Part shown: positions 8,718 to 17,842 of the stretch, piece by piece
Numbering within the stretch: the stretch's first letter is position 1
Layout of the letters: each line of letters opens with the position of its first letter
Origin: a virus
Taxonomy: Duplodnaviria > Caudoviricetes
Virus record (IMG/VR): IMGVR_UViG_3300010043_000006
Location: 1-42,741 of that record
Direction: 5' to 3' (one strand)
Length of the DNA stretch: 42,741 bases
Notes under the pieces: generated by a model
The model's database searches: none
The model's input: only the letters and a program-made list of their open reading frames with translations
Told to the model about the DNA's origin: nothing
Translations under genes and position numbers: made by a program

Positions 8718-10495
8718 TAGGGCTGTTGACCTAGCATTGCTTGAATGGCGTTCTGACCGCCGCCGACGTCTACATCGCCAGCGACTTTGGCGGCCTTGGC
8801 GAGCTGCTCGGCCTGTTGGGCGCGCTCGGCTTGGATCTGTTGCTGCTGACGGTTCTGGCGGATCTGGGCGAGTTGTTGCGGCGATCGGATGAGCCGAGGG
8901 TCATTGTTGAGCAGGAAGCTCATCTTCTCGATGCCGTAGTCGATGTCGACGTTGTCCATAGCCGCCGGGTCGATGCCGCCCATCTGCCCGGCGACTTGGA
9001 ATATCCGCTCGATACCGGCCGAGGCCGCCGCGTCTTGGGCGATCTCTAGCATCGAGCGGTATTTGATGTTGATGCCTTGGCCTTGAACTTCGGGCGGGGC
9101 GGGTGGTATCAGCCCGGCCCTTTGGGCGATTCCGAAGACTCGCTCGATGTCTTTTCCGAAGAACTCGACTTGGAGCCGGGTGAATACAGGACCCAAGGCG
9201 AGGAATCCTTCTGCCCGTCGAGCGTCAATTTCAGCTGCGGTAACGTTGCTTCTGGTTTGGTACTGGGAAATAACAGCAAAGACATCATTATAGAAGATCT
9301 TTTGGATTCGCTGTCGGACTTCATTGAGATCCTCCATCATATCCTTGATGTTGGGGTTCACTTGATAGACTGGGGCAAAGCCTTGGTTCTTAGTAGAGTT
9401 CATCAGCCCGCTGACGTAGGTAACGCCACCGGGTAGCAGGGAAGCTGGTTGATTCTTCAGCTGGATGTCGGCCAGCATAGGGGGATTTACTTGCTTGTCG
9501 ATTGCCTGCGCCTTGCGCCGCGACTCTTGCTGGAGTTGCTTGGTGTCCGGCAGGGCGTCCATTCCCGGAGAGCGGCCGTAGGCGTCGTTGCTGACGAGGT
9601 CCCACCGACCCGCCGCGAAGGGCTGCTCGTAGAAACCCTGCTTCCTCAAAAGGCTCGGTGCGTACGACGAGCCGCCCTGTGGTGCGGCTGACCCGCCCCA
9701 TTCCCAGTAGATTTCGCGCCATTTGAATTTGTCCGATATGCCGAACTTGCGCCCATCGTGGTTCGGTTCAATAGCATGTGCAACAACAAGCTCTCGTGTG
9801 AGCGACGTGCCGCCCTGAGCGTACAGACGTTGGATAGCAGCCGACGTGTTCTCAAGTCCGAACTGCTCGACGACTTGGTTGACGGTGTAGGTGAACTCTC
9901 GGTAGACGGCGTTGGCTTGGAGGTTCGACCCGTTCTCAAGGTAGTACTCGCCCAAGCACGGATTGAGGCAAGTAATGACATTGTCGAAGTCCTCATAAAT
10001 CACACGAACACAGGTCCCAAAGATGACCAGATCGAGGAGGGCCACGGCGACGCTGGTATAGTAGTTGCTCTCTTGGAAGATGAGCATTATGATCCGCTCA
10101 CATTCGGCAAGCCACATCGACGTGTCAGATGTTTGGGTGGAGTCGATGGTGCCGACGCGTAGTTGGAACCACTGCCTCGTGGGGTTGGCAGTGCCGCTCA
10201 TCATGCCCGCCGCGCACTTATAAGCAGCCAGCGTCGCCGTAGAGTCGATCATATGTTGATTGATAGGCGAACCTCGGCCCATCTGGTTCGGCGTGATGAG
10301 CCACTTATAACGGCGCGGCAGCATGAAGTCGGCCAGCTCACGCCAGTGGACCCACCATGAGTAGCGGTTTACTCGGAGTCCAATTAGGCGACCTTCCGCA
10401 TGCTGCCGCAGCTTCAGGTCCGCCTCGGACGGGATCTTCGTGATGGGCCTGAAGTTTGGGGTTATGGTCGGTACTGTTCCACCTTGGATTGGCAT
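8717..10495 (-). CDS. Portal (head-to-tail connector) protein
   Basis: W.ELADFMLPRR, IDST, DLVIFGT, YGRSPGMDALPD.KQLQ, NPPM, TAAEI..R; T7/BPP-1-type connector family. Confidence 0.95.
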   Translation of the reverse strand: MPIQGGTVPTITPNFRPITKIPSEADLKLRQHAEGRLIGLRVNRYSWWVHWRELADFMLPRRYKWLITPNQMGRGSPINQHMIDSTATLAAYKCAAGMMSGTANPTRQWFQLRVGTIDSTQTSDTSMWLAECERIIMLIFQESNYYTSVAVALLDLVIFGTCVRVIYEDFDNVITCLNPCLGEYYLENGSNLQANAVYREFTYTVNQVVEQFGLENTSAAIQRLYAQGGTSLTRELVVAHAIEPNHDGRKFGISDKFKWREIYWEWGGSAAPQGGSSYAPSLLRKQGFYEQPFAAGRWDLVSNDAYGRSPGMDALPDTKQLQQESRRKAQAIDKQVNPPMLADIQLKNQPASLLPGGVTYVSGLMNSTKNQGFAPVYQVNPNIKDMMEDLNEVRQRIQKIFYNDVFAVISQYQTRSNVTAAEIDARRAEGFLALGPVFTRLQVEFFGKDIERVFGIAQRAGLIPPAPPEVQGQGINIKYRSMLEIAQDAAASAGIERIFQVAGQMGGIDPAAMDNVDIDYGIEKMSFLLNNDPRLIRSPQQLAQIRQNRQQQQIQAERAQQAEQLAKAAKVAGDVDVGGGQNAIQAMLGQQP

Positions 10496-11620
10496 TTATC
10501 GTGGACCCATGGGGTGCTTCTTGGCGATCTCTGCGGCAGCTAGAGCTTGGATTTTGGCAGCGGATGCTTGGTTCTTAGGATCCTCAAAGAACTTCTCGGC
10601 AGCTTCGATTTGGTCGTTAGGAACGAGTTGGCCCATGCTGTGCCACTGTTCAGGGTTGCCCATTGTCGTGCGCATGATGTGCCGGACGAGGATTTCGTTG
10701 GGGTCGGCGTCGGAATCCTTCAAGGCCTGCACCTTGGACCGTGCATCTGACCAACGATCGAACATCTTGTTGTATTCTTTGACGGCCTCAGGGTTACGGT
10801 CGAACAGCAGCTGGAGGCCACGGTGGATGGACTCGTGGACCATAACGGACGGAGCGTCGAGCACCTCGTTGTGAGCCTGATTGATGTACATTGGGGTTTC
10901 GTGGATCCGAGCCTCTTTCATCTGCCGTGGTGTCGTGATCTTCTTGACGGGGTCGTAGGCGAGGGTAAAGCCGCCCAGGGTTGTGGCTTGCTTTTGCATA
11001 GAGAAGGCAGACTTGCCCGGATCAAAGCCGAGCGAGGCGATCGGGTCTCGACCGGCGGCTAGGGCGGCCCGAGCGACCACGTTGCCCATTCGCTGCCGGG
11101 CCTCAGGGGTCAGCTGGCTAGTGTCGAAGGTCTTTGGATCGCCGTGGAGGAAGGCTTGTTTGAAGGCTTCTGAGGAAGTCTTGCCTGCTTGGAATAGCGG
11201 TTGTGGCAGCCAGCCGGACTTGCCGGATTCGCCGTATATGCGGACGTTCTGGTCCATGAAGTGCCGTTCCCACGACTTGCCATAGGCGAGCCCTGACTCT
11301 TTGGCGAACAGGGCTTCTTGGGGTGTGGGGTAGTGCTCCTCGCCGCCGAAACCGCCCTCCTTGCCTGAGACGGTCTTGGGCAGGTTCATGTCCCCACCCT
11401 CCACCTGTGGGTTGGGCGGGAGCGGGACTTGACCCGGCGGCGTCTTCTCTGTGCCGTGCCACCAATCGCTCAGCCAGCTGGCTTGGGCTGCTTTGAACTC
11501 GGGGCTGACCAGTCGTCCGTGGTCGTACATCACCCCAGCCGCCATGACGAGGTCACTATCCGACGGCTCCCCTCGTGGTCGGTTAGGCTCGTTAGGGTTG
11601 AGTGGGACGACTAGGGCCAT
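10496..11620 (-). CDS. Hypothetical protein with HExxH zinc-metallopeptidase-like motif
   Basis: VMVHESIHRGL with a downstream NEILVR; coupled into the terminase-portal block. Confidence 0.6.
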   Translation of the reverse strand: MALVVPLNPNEPNRPRGEPSDSDLVMAAGVMYDHGRLVSPEFKAAQASWLSDWWHGTEKTPPGQVPLPPNPQVEGGDMNLPKTVSGKEGGFGGEEHYPTPQEALFAKESGLAYGKSWERHFMDQNVRIYGESGKSGWLPQPLFQAGKTSSEAFKQAFLHGDPKTFDTSQLTPEARQRMGNVVARAALAAGRDPIASLGFDPGKSAFSMQKQATTLGGFTLAYDPVKKITTPRQMKEARIHETPMYINQAHNEVLDAPSVMVHESIHRGLQLLFDRNPEAVKEYNKMFDRWSDARSKVQALKDSDADPNEILVRHIMRTTMGNPEQWHSMGQLVPNDQIEAAEKFFEDPKNQASAAKIQALAAAEIAKKHPMGPR

Positions 11621-11820
11621 TATGCGCCGCCGAGGAGAGTGCGGGTTGCTGTGCCGCCCGACTGTGGCAGGGTGCCAAGCACGGACGCAGTGAACTGCAT
11701 TGAGGGCGATTGGCTCTGGCGCTGCTTAGCGGCGTTCTGCCCGTAGGTTGGTGGATTAGGCGGTGGAGGTGGTGCCACCGGCGCAACTGCCTGCATAGGC
11801 GGCGGCTTCATGAAGCTCAT
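11620..11820 (-). CDS. Small Pro-rich virion assembly protein (T7 gp7.3-like position)
   Basis: Probable start ATG 11820 (ATGA overlap, GGAGG SD): MSFMKPPP...TRTLLGGA; a C-terminal TLLG is typical of small pre-portal proteins. Confidence 0.7.
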   Translation of the reverse strand: MSFMKPPPMQAVAPVAPPPPPNPPTYGQNAAKQRQSQSPSMQFTASVLGTLPQSGGTATRTLLGGA

Positions 11821-12242
11821 CGAAGGTCTCCCTCCATGTAGTCGTGGATCTGCATGTAGCGTTTGAGTGCTTGTTCGTGGGACGGGTAGCTGGGATAGTT
11901 GTCGAGCCCCTCCATCTTGGCTCTCTTGATGGCTTGTTCGTTTGAAACGATCTTGTTGTTCCAGACGGTGGGCAGGACGTAGGTCTTGTCGCCGATACCG
12001 GCGGTGATGGCGCGGAAGGTCGAGGTGGTGCCGTCTTCGTTCTTGACGCCGCCTTTGTGCAGATTGTTGAGATGGTGAAGGTAGACTTTGCGCTCTTGCT
12101 CGTTGAGGCTGAGGTTGGAGCTGGCGTGGTCGTAGTTGGTGCCGAGCCGGTCCGCCCAACTGGGCTCAGGGTCAGGCGGGGCTTGGCCGTCCTTTGGCTG
12201 CTTAACCATCGTCGGCATCAGTTTGGGATCGTCGTCAGGCAC
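11817..12242 (-). CDS. Hypothetical phage protein
   Basis: 141 aa, AGGAG SD, overlaps the TerL stop. Confidence 0.7.
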   Translation of the reverse strand: MPDDDPKLMPTMVKQPKDGQAPPDPEPSWADRLGTNYDHASSNLSLNEQERKVYLHHLNNLHKGGVKNEDGTTSTFRAITAGIGDKTYVLPTVWNNKIVSNEQAIKRAKMEGLDNYPSYPSHEQALKRYMQIHDYMEGDLR

Positions 12243-13725
12243 GCATTCGCTCCTGATCGAAGGGGTTGTATTCGTACTCGACTAGTGGCTTGGGGTGGTG
12301 TTCGCCACCGGCATGGGCGTGTGCGGCGAGGGGATAGGCGAACGTCAAGGCGAGAGCGTCCGCCCGGTCAGGGGACTCAACCCCTCGCCGCATCATGTCT
12401 TCTTTGGTTTCGAGCTGGATTTCGTTGCGGTTGTTGAAGGTGTACGTGGGGCCGACTAGTTGGGCCTTGAGTTCAGGGTCGTTGGGGATTGCGCCGTGCT
12501 TGATCCACTCGCGCATAGCACCCCACATGGCAGCGCGCTTATTGGCGTACTTCTCGCCCTGATTGCCGGTGTCGTAGCCACCAACGTCGTCCTTTCCACC
12601 GAATTGAACCTCGAAACAGTGGAGGGCCATATGACGTACGTTATCAACAACGCCGCCACCAACACCGCCACCATCAATAAATATTCCATCGGGCCTATAC
12701 GCATGGTAACCGTCGTTTATCCGGGTGGCGAGTTCGACGGTGTTGAGCCCTCGATAGTATTGCCACTGGATGGTTCGGGCGTCACGGCCTTTGCGAAAAG
12801 CGATGACCGACTCATTGCTGCCGAATCGAGCCACGTCGCATCCAAGGGATAAGGGATCTGAGAGAGACGTAGTGACGTCTCTAAGCATCGCCGCGTCCAC
12901 GTCTGCCGCGCTGATGAATTCCATTTCGCCGTGTCTCGGGAATTCGCCCTTGATTCGAACTCGGCAAAAGTCACTATCGTCGCCATAGGCTTCTATCCAG
13001 CGGTTGATTTGGTCTTTATTAGTGATGCTAACGGTTCGACTATCCAGTTGTATGTTTTGCCACCATTTACTAAATCGCCCACCCGCAAAGCATTCTTTAA
13101 ATCGTCCGGTGTTTCGAGTAGGATTACCAAACGCAAGCCAGATAATCTCAGTGTCACTGTCTGTAAGGGCACCTTCAACGACCTCCCATATCATATCCGG
13201 AATTGCCGAGGCCTCGTCCATTATCATCAGGATGCGCTTGCCTTTGTTGTGCATCCCGGCGAAGGCTTCGGTGTTCTTCTCACTCCATGGGACTTGGTCT
13301 ATGCGCCAAGTCCGCTCACGCGACGGGTCCCGGCTAAGGAGGGCCGTGGCAGTGAGGTAGAAGTTATCCTTCCCGATGAAGAGGTTGAACCACTTGCCGA
13401 GTTCGGCCCAGGTCTTGGTTTTGAGCTGAGCCTCAGTATTGGCGGTGATTACGCCGCGCGTGTCAGGCGCGGTGGCGAAGGCCCACAGGATAAGCCACGC
13501 CACCAGCGCCGACTTGCCTACACCGTGGCCGGTGGCAGCGGCAAGCTGAATAGCCGAGCGAAGAGGGAGCCCCGCTTGGACGCGTTTAAGGACCTCAAGC
13601 TGCCACGGTTCAGGTCCTATTGCACGCTCAAGCGTGGTTCCTTCTTTGCCCCAAGGAAAGGCGCTGAGCACAAACGCCACAGGATCCTTGTTGCACGAGG
13701 CTAACCATGCGAGCAGTTCGTCCAA
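12235..13725 (-). CDS. terL: Terminase large subunit
   Basis: Walker A TGHGVGKS, Walker B MIMDEAS, GNPTR, nuclease motifs GCDVARFG, IDGGGVG and SPDRADAL. Confidence 0.96.
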   Translation of the reverse strand: MDELLAWLASCNKDPVAFVLSAFPWGKEGTTLERAIGPEPWQLEVLKRVQAGLPLRSAIQLAAATGHGVGKSALVAWLILWAFATAPDTRGVITANTEAQLKTKTWAELGKWFNLFIGKDNFYLTATALLSRDPSRERTWRIDQVPWSEKNTEAFAGMHNKGKRILMIMDEASAIPDMIWEVVEGALTDSDTEIIWLAFGNPTRNTGRFKECFAGGRFSKWWQNIQLDSRTVSITNKDQINRWIEAYGDDSDFCRVRIKGEFPRHGEMEFISAADVDAAMLRDVTTSLSDPLSLGCDVARFGSNESVIAFRKGRDARTIQWQYYRGLNTVELATRINDGYHAYRPDGIFIDGGGVGGGVVDNVRHMALHCFEVQFGGKDDVGGYDTGNQGEKYANKRAAMWGAMREWIKHGAIPNDPELKAQLVGPTYTFNNRNEIQLETKEDMMRRGVESPDRADALALTFAYPLAAHAHAGGEHHPKPLVEYEYNPFDQERMRA

Positions 13726-13761
13726 TGCGGGGCCCCTCTACGCGCACGACGACCCTTCAAG

Positions 13762-14379
13762 TCATGCGCGTCTCTTGAACGGCAGCGGTGCCGTCACAGG
13801 AGGCAGCACCGCCGGTTTCGGCTGTACCGAGGTCTGCGGCGACGGCACAGCTTCCACTTGTTTAAGCGCGTTGAACTTGCGTATACGTTCTTCCAGCTCC
13901 AGCCCTATGCCAACGTTCACGTTGGTTGAGGTGGTGTGGCGGCCGAAGCCGGTTCGATCAGCCATCTCGACGGCAATGGCAAGTGCTGTCTTAGGACTGA
14001 CTGTCTCACCGGCCTCGTCCATCTCTTCAAAGTACTGGGCTAAGTGTCGCGCGGCAGCTTGACGTAACCATGTTGAAAGGGTCGTGTATTCCGCATTGGC
14101 GTCGATGTGCGCCTGTTCAGCCTTTTCTCGCTTTTTGGCGACTAGGTCTTGGAACGCCGGGTCGGATTGAAGGGTACGAAGGCGTTCGTAGCTGTAACCT
14201 GTGACTGTCATTACCTCCCCTGTTGTGTGGCCGAGGGCGAATAGCAGGGCCACCCGATGATGGGCGTCCCTAAACTTTGTGATCTTCGGCGTAGCCCGGC
14301 GTTCACGGAGTAGCGCCGTGTCGGCTTGAGTGAGTTCACGAACTTGGCCGATCGTGACCGGCAGCCTAGGGAGCCTCAT
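13762..14379 (-). CDS. Probable terminase small subunit
   Basis: HTH-like N-terminal half (HHRVALLFALG...TGYSYERL..L..DPAF), helical middle, DRTGFG motif; directly upstream of terL. Confidence 0.65.
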   Translation of the reverse strand: MRLPRLPVTIGQVRELTQADTALLRERRATPKITKFRDAHHRVALLFALGHTTGEVMTVTGYSYERLRTLQSDPAFQDLVAKKREKAEQAHIDANAEYTTLSTWLRQAAARHLAQYFEEMDEAGETVSPKTALAIAVEMADRTGFGRHTTSTNVNVGIGLELEERIRKFNALKQVEAVPSPQTSVQPKPAVLPPVTAPLPFKRRA

Positions 14380-14792
14380 ACTCGTCTCACAAAGCTAGAT
14401 ACGGCGAGGGGCGCTCTCGGCGCCCCCTTCCGTTGAAGGACCAGCTGCTTCCCGTTCACCAGCAGCTCAATGGGAACTTTGGGCCGCTCCTTCGTCCGAA
14501 GCTTGTGCACCTTGTTGTGCTTCGGTTGGTGCTGCTCGATGAGACTCTTTTCCACCTCGTTGAGGTCAGCTGCGGCTATCGGCTTGATGAAAACATCATC
14601 GAACCGAATAGCCTTGTCCGCCAACCAACCAGCCGCCCGCCTACCTCTGGCTATGCCTCTGGCCGCCGATGCATGGGTGTACAGTCGGGACAACGGCTTT
14701 CGGCTCTGCCCGACGTAAACCACATCTCCTCTCCACATAAGCAGATACACGCACGGTTGGAGGAGCCAACCCGCGTTTACGAATCCCATCAT
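14376..14792 (-). CDS. GIY-YIG family endonuclease
   Basis: CVYLL...VVYVGQS...R..H...E..LI...QPKHN; probable start ATG 14792. Confidence 0.82.
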   Translation of the reverse strand: MMGFVNAGWLLQPCVYLLMWRGDVVYVGQSRKPLSRLYTHASAARGIARGRRAAGWLADKAIRFDDVFIKPIAAADLNEVEKSLIEQHQPKHNKVHKLRTKERPKVPIELLVNGKQLVLQRKGAPRAPLAVSSFVRRV

Positions 14793-14799
14793 GAACCCT

Positions 14800-14828
14800 A
14801 TTATACCACAGCTAGGATTTATAAACAA
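14800..14828 (-). promoter_or_regulatory. Sigma70-type promoter of the late operon (possibly leaderless)
   Basis: Minus strand TTGTTT-17 bp-TATAAT with extended -10 TG; ATG begins 7 nt after the -10. Confidence 0.7.
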
Positions 14829-15073
14829 GCCCCTTTGTGAGGCTTCTTGTGGTACAAGGATTGTATTACAATGCGAAATTTTTATTTCGGATAGACAGAC
14901 GGTCGCCGCCCGCCCGGCGCGCCGACTTTTGGCCCCCCGCCCCCCGTCGCCATGACCATCGCCATTACCATTGCACCTCGCCATGCTGATGGCCATCAGC
15001 ATGAGGCATCGGGCATCGGCCGCCCTTATCGCCCCGTTGTACTCCCCTTGTGATACCCTCATGCACTGATAGA

Positions 15074-15087
15074 CCGACCTAGGCCGC
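15074..15087 (+). repeat. 14-bp direct repeat copy 1 (CCGACCTAGGCCGC)
   Basis: Identical to 16096..16109. Confidence 0.75.
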
Positions 15088-15310
15088 GTGGCCGAATGTG
15101 TCTGCTCTCTCTTCTCTCTCTCATCATCTCAGACAGACAGATTTACGAACGCGCGCTACCCTCGTCTATCAGGCAATCAGGGGATCACTAGGGGCCGACA
15201 AGGGTGCGACAAGGGGTCGCACTCGCCTGCCACACAATCGACACAATCGAGGCGCGACAATCCCACATCGCAATGGCATCCCGCCACGCGACAATATGAG
15301 GATCACGGCA

Positions 15311-15628
15311 ATGGCAAAGTTCAATGATGATGTGACTTGGATCAACGACGTTGCAGTTCCGACCGGGCTCAATGGCTTGTGGCAAGCGCGCAGCGAAGCT
15401 GCCAAGCGGGCCGCCGAGGCACGTGAGGCATTCGAACAAGCGTTCGTTGAGCACATGCACGACAACGGGCTGCCGCGTAGCCGCTCGTTGGTTTTCAATT
15501 ATCGGTTCGGTAAGCTCAGTGTCGCCGAGGTGGCCGCTGAGGCGCCCAAGGCTAAATCCACTGCCAAGGGTCAAACTGATCTGGCATCGTTCTATGCCTC
15601 TCAGCTTGGCAATGGCCGCCGCATCTGA
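15311..15628 (+). CDS. Hypothetical early protein
   Basis: Probable start ATG 15311 after GAGG; MAKFNDDVTW...LVFNYRFGKLSVA...NGRRI; followed by a terminator. Confidence 0.75.
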   Translation: MAKFNDDVTWINDVAVPTGLNGLWQARSEAAKRAAEAREAFEQAFVEHMHDNGLPRSRSLVFNYRFGKLSVAEVAAEAPKAKSTAKGQTDLASFYASQLGNGRRI

Positions 15629-15651
15629 CCCATCAGCATACTGTGCAGTAC

Positions 15652-15676
15652 GGGCGGCCTAAGGGCCGCCCTTTTT
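15652..15676 (+). terminator. Intrinsic terminator
   Basis: GGGCGGCC-TAAG-GGCCGCCC followed by TTTTT. Confidence 0.85.
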
Positions 15677-15703
15677 ATTAGAGGCATTCCGCCTCTGGAG
15701 GTA

Positions 15704-15940
15704 ATGGCAATGGCAATAACACCTTATGACGTGGCACGCGCCACCATAATCGCTATCTGCGAGGCTATCGTAGAGGCTATCAACGACATCGGCCCAGGTG
15801 GCACAGATGCAACGACGCTAATGGTCTACTGCACTGAGGGCGGCCTAGACGCTGGGAGCTTTATCGCCATCATGGACGCGCTTGTGCAGATGGGCCGTAT
15901 TCGCTGCGTACATCATCGCTACTACCCGGTGCGGCAATGA
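15704..15940 (+). CDS. Hypothetical protein (winged-helix-like pattern)
   Basis: 78 aa, strong GGAGGT SD; C-terminal LVQMGRI...Y pattern. Confidence 0.65.
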   Translation: MAMAITPYDVARATIIAICEAIVEAINDIGPGGTDATTLMVYCTEGGLDAGSFIAIMDALVQMGRIRCVHHRYYPVRQ

Positions 15941-16023
15941 GCGATCTGGAGCGCGCCGTGTTGCTGGCAATAGCGGCAATGTTCTATCTAATGGTTTTCT
16001 TGGATAGTGCAGGCATCCTGTAG
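15937..16023 (+). CDS. Small membrane peptide (28 aa)
   Basis: Translated by hand: MSDLERAVLLAIAAMFYLMVFLDSAGIL; ATGA overlap with the upstream stop; ends just before a terminator. Confidence 0.55.
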   Translation: MSDLERAVLLAIAAMFYLMVFLDSAGIL

Positions 16024-16031
16024 CAGAGCAC

Positions 16032-16077
16032 AAAAAGAAAGGGCCGATACCTCAACGGGTATCGGCCCTTTTCGTTT
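16032..16077. terminator. Bidirectional intrinsic terminator
   Basis: AAAAAGAAA-GGGCCGATACC-TCAACG-GGTATCGGCCC-TTTTCGTTT, between convergent operons. Confidence 0.88.
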
Positions 16078-16095
16078 GCGCTCTCAACAATCGGC

Positions 16096-16109
16096 CCGAC
16101 CTAGGCCGC
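16096..16109 (+). repeat. 14-bp direct repeat copy 2 (CCGACCTAGGCCGC)
   Basis: Identical to 15074..15087. Confidence 0.75.
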
Positions 16110-16169
16110 TCAATGGCCGCTCAGTCGCCCACAAATGGCCGCCGGTTCGTTTTCACACCGACCGGCTAC

Positions 16170-16595
16170 CTAGGTAGCGGCCACCTCACCAAATCGCACC
16201 AGCGACGCCCTAATCGGCTTTGGTAATCGGCTACCATCGGCTACCGGCGCCGTGTTACGCTTATTGCGCTGTATGCTGGTGTGTGCCGCCGATAGTTTAG
16301 AACGATCTCGCTGCGCCAACAATGCACGCTCTTTGCATATTGGACACAACGGCACCAACGATCTCCCCTTCATGCGCCGTTCAGATGCAAACTCACAGTT
16401 AAACCACACCCGAGCTAAATGCAGATTACATCCAGCTCGCCTAGCATACTGCGTAAGCACAGCACCACGACCTTCATGGTGTTCCTTAAACCGTTCAGCC
16501 ACATCACGGCCATTGCGACATATGCCAAGGTAATGACCAGCATGCTTATAGCGTGGTTCAATGTGGATGAGATAGATGGTGTAGCCGGTGCTCAT
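16170..16595 (-). CDS. GIY-YIG-like endonuclease with C-terminal CxxC
   Basis: IYLIH...HYLG...RFKEH..GRGA.LT...LARVW...ERRMK...LCPIC. Confidence 0.75.
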   Translation of the reverse strand: MSTGYTIYLIHIEPRYKHAGHYLGICRNGRDVAERFKEHHEGRGAVLTQYARRAGCNLHLARVWFNCEFASERRMKGRSLVPLCPICKERALLAQRDRSKLSAAHTSIQRNKRNTAPVADGSRLPKPIRASLVRFGEVAAT

Positions 16596-16813
16596 GTCTG
16601 CACCTCATTAGCCCACGATTGAACATCATTCCAAGCGGCAGTGTTAAGCACCCATACGAGGTGAGCCCATCTGCCATCAACACCAGCATAGTCACAAGCA
16701 CGCACAGCCGCCGTGAAATGATCCATGCGATAAGCCTTTCTACGCTTAACCCAGCTCTCCTCATGTAGCTGTTGGGCGTTGAGCACTATCCTACCAAATA
16801 GCTGCGGGGTCAT
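16592..16813 (-). CDS. Hypothetical protein
   Basis: 73 aa, ATGA-coupled on both sides. Confidence 0.7.
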   Translation of the reverse strand: MTPQLFGRIVLNAQQLHEESWVKRRKAYRMDHFTAAVRACDYAGVDGRWAHLVWVLNTAAWNDVQSWANEVQT

Positions 16814-17007
16814 GTTCGCTTCCTATATCCCTTGGTTGCATGGAGCATGTAATCAAGCTCACCAATACGCACAGAGGCAATGATCCGCCGATCCACTGTG
16901 CCTTTGCGTGTTGTTTGCCGCTTGATTAGCCGTACTGGCACCATGCTTACCTTGCCATTCTCATAGCCATAGGTAAAGCGTGGTGGCTTAACGTGCTTGT
17001 GTCTCAT
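16810..17007 (-). CDS. Hypothetical basic protein
   Basis: Probable start ATG 17007 (MRHKHV...LHATKGYRKRT), GGAGG SD. Confidence 0.65.
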   Translation of the reverse strand: MRHKHVKPPRFTYGYENGKVSMVPVRLIKRQTTRKGTVDRRIIASVRIGELDYMLHATKGYRKRT

Positions 17008-17168
17008 AGGAACGACCTCCACTTCTTAATGATCCTGAGTGCCACTTTATGCGGCTTCTTAATGCCCTTGCGTCTCAGATACATTGACAGCCACAGCCTA
17101 AACTGCGTCTCAGGATGCCAAGCGGCCATCTCTATGAACCGCTGTTGCTTCTTGGTTCTATATGGCAT
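17004..17168 (-). CDS. Hypothetical basic protein (54 aa)
   Basis: Translated by hand: MPYRTKKQQRFIEMAAWHPE...IIKKWRSFL; fills the gap with stop/start overlaps at both ends. Confidence 0.6.
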   Translation of the reverse strand: MPYRTKKQQRFIEMAAWHPETQFRLWLSMYLRRKGIKKPHKVALRIIKKWRSFL

Positions 17169-17422
17169 CACCATTCCCTCCACGTTTTGTATGTGTAATT
17201 CTTATCAAGCCAATCAATTATATCCGAATACTGCGGCATTTCCTTGCGCAGCTTGTCGTAATCCATACCAGCAGCGAGCAGCATTGCGATGGTGTTATAC
17301 CATCCACGATACCAGTTATCATCTGGCCGAGCATTGAAATGCTTCCACATAGCATTATCAATGTCGATGAACGAAGCCGGTTCCTTGTGCCCTTTGCGGG
17401 TGAATGCTATACAGTGGGCCAT
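17168..17422 (-). CDS. Hypothetical protein
   Basis: 84 aa, GGAG SD, in the coupled early operon. Confidence 0.7.
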   Translation of the reverse strand: MAHCIAFTRKGHKEPASFIDIDNAMWKHFNARPDDNWYRGWYNTIAMLLAAGMDYDKLRKEMPQYSDIIDWLDKNYTYKTWREW

Positions 17423-17423
17423 G

Positions 17424-17639
17424 TTACACTCCCAAATCTTTCTTGGTTTCTCGGATCAGCACCGTTACCGTCTTATCAATCTCAGCAGAACTAAAGCTAC
17501 TGAGCTTACCGCCCTGCGCTGATATTCCTCGCCAGATAAGCTCCCTTGCCAATGATTTCACCTTGGCTCGTTGTGCTCTGCGCTTACTGGGATGCAGCCT
17601 GTACAGCCTTGCAACTTCACTCTCAAATGTGCTCATCAC
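17424..17639 (-). CDS. Hypothetical protein
   Basis: 71 aa, AGGAG SD. Confidence 0.65.
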   Translation of the reverse strand: MMSTFESEVARLYRLHPSKRRAQRAKVKSLARELIWRGISAQGGKLSSFSSAEIDKTVTVLIRETKKDLGV

Positions 17640-17842
17640 ACTCTCCTCTCAACGAATAATCGCCATTCCTCAACTTCGTCGTAATGCCACACACACCAAA
17701 ACCCATCCTCCTCATCAACTATGAGGAACACGATGGGCTGACCATCACGATCGACAACAGCATAGGCGGCCTCATACTGCTCACCGTCTTTGCTCTTGAA
17801 CGCGCATTTATGTATTGTTGGGAGATAATAGTTCCATGTCAT
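17636..17842 (-). CDS. Hypothetical protein
   Basis: 68 aa, coupled; ends LFVERRV. Confidence 0.65.
   Translation of the reverse strand: MTWNYYLPTIHKCAFKSKDGEQYEAAYAVVDRDGQPIVFLIVDEEDGFWCVWHYDEVEEWRLFVERRV

Noticed and set aside
6097-10495. Diversity-generating retroelement, suggested by the BPP-1-like head genes
   Set aside because: No reverse transcriptase or template/variable repeat pair was seen in the window.
14793-15062. Long N-terminal extension of the 228-aa ORF 14376..15062
   Set aside because: It runs through a promoter and low-complexity G-runs; similarity to GIY-YIG starts only near ATG 14792.
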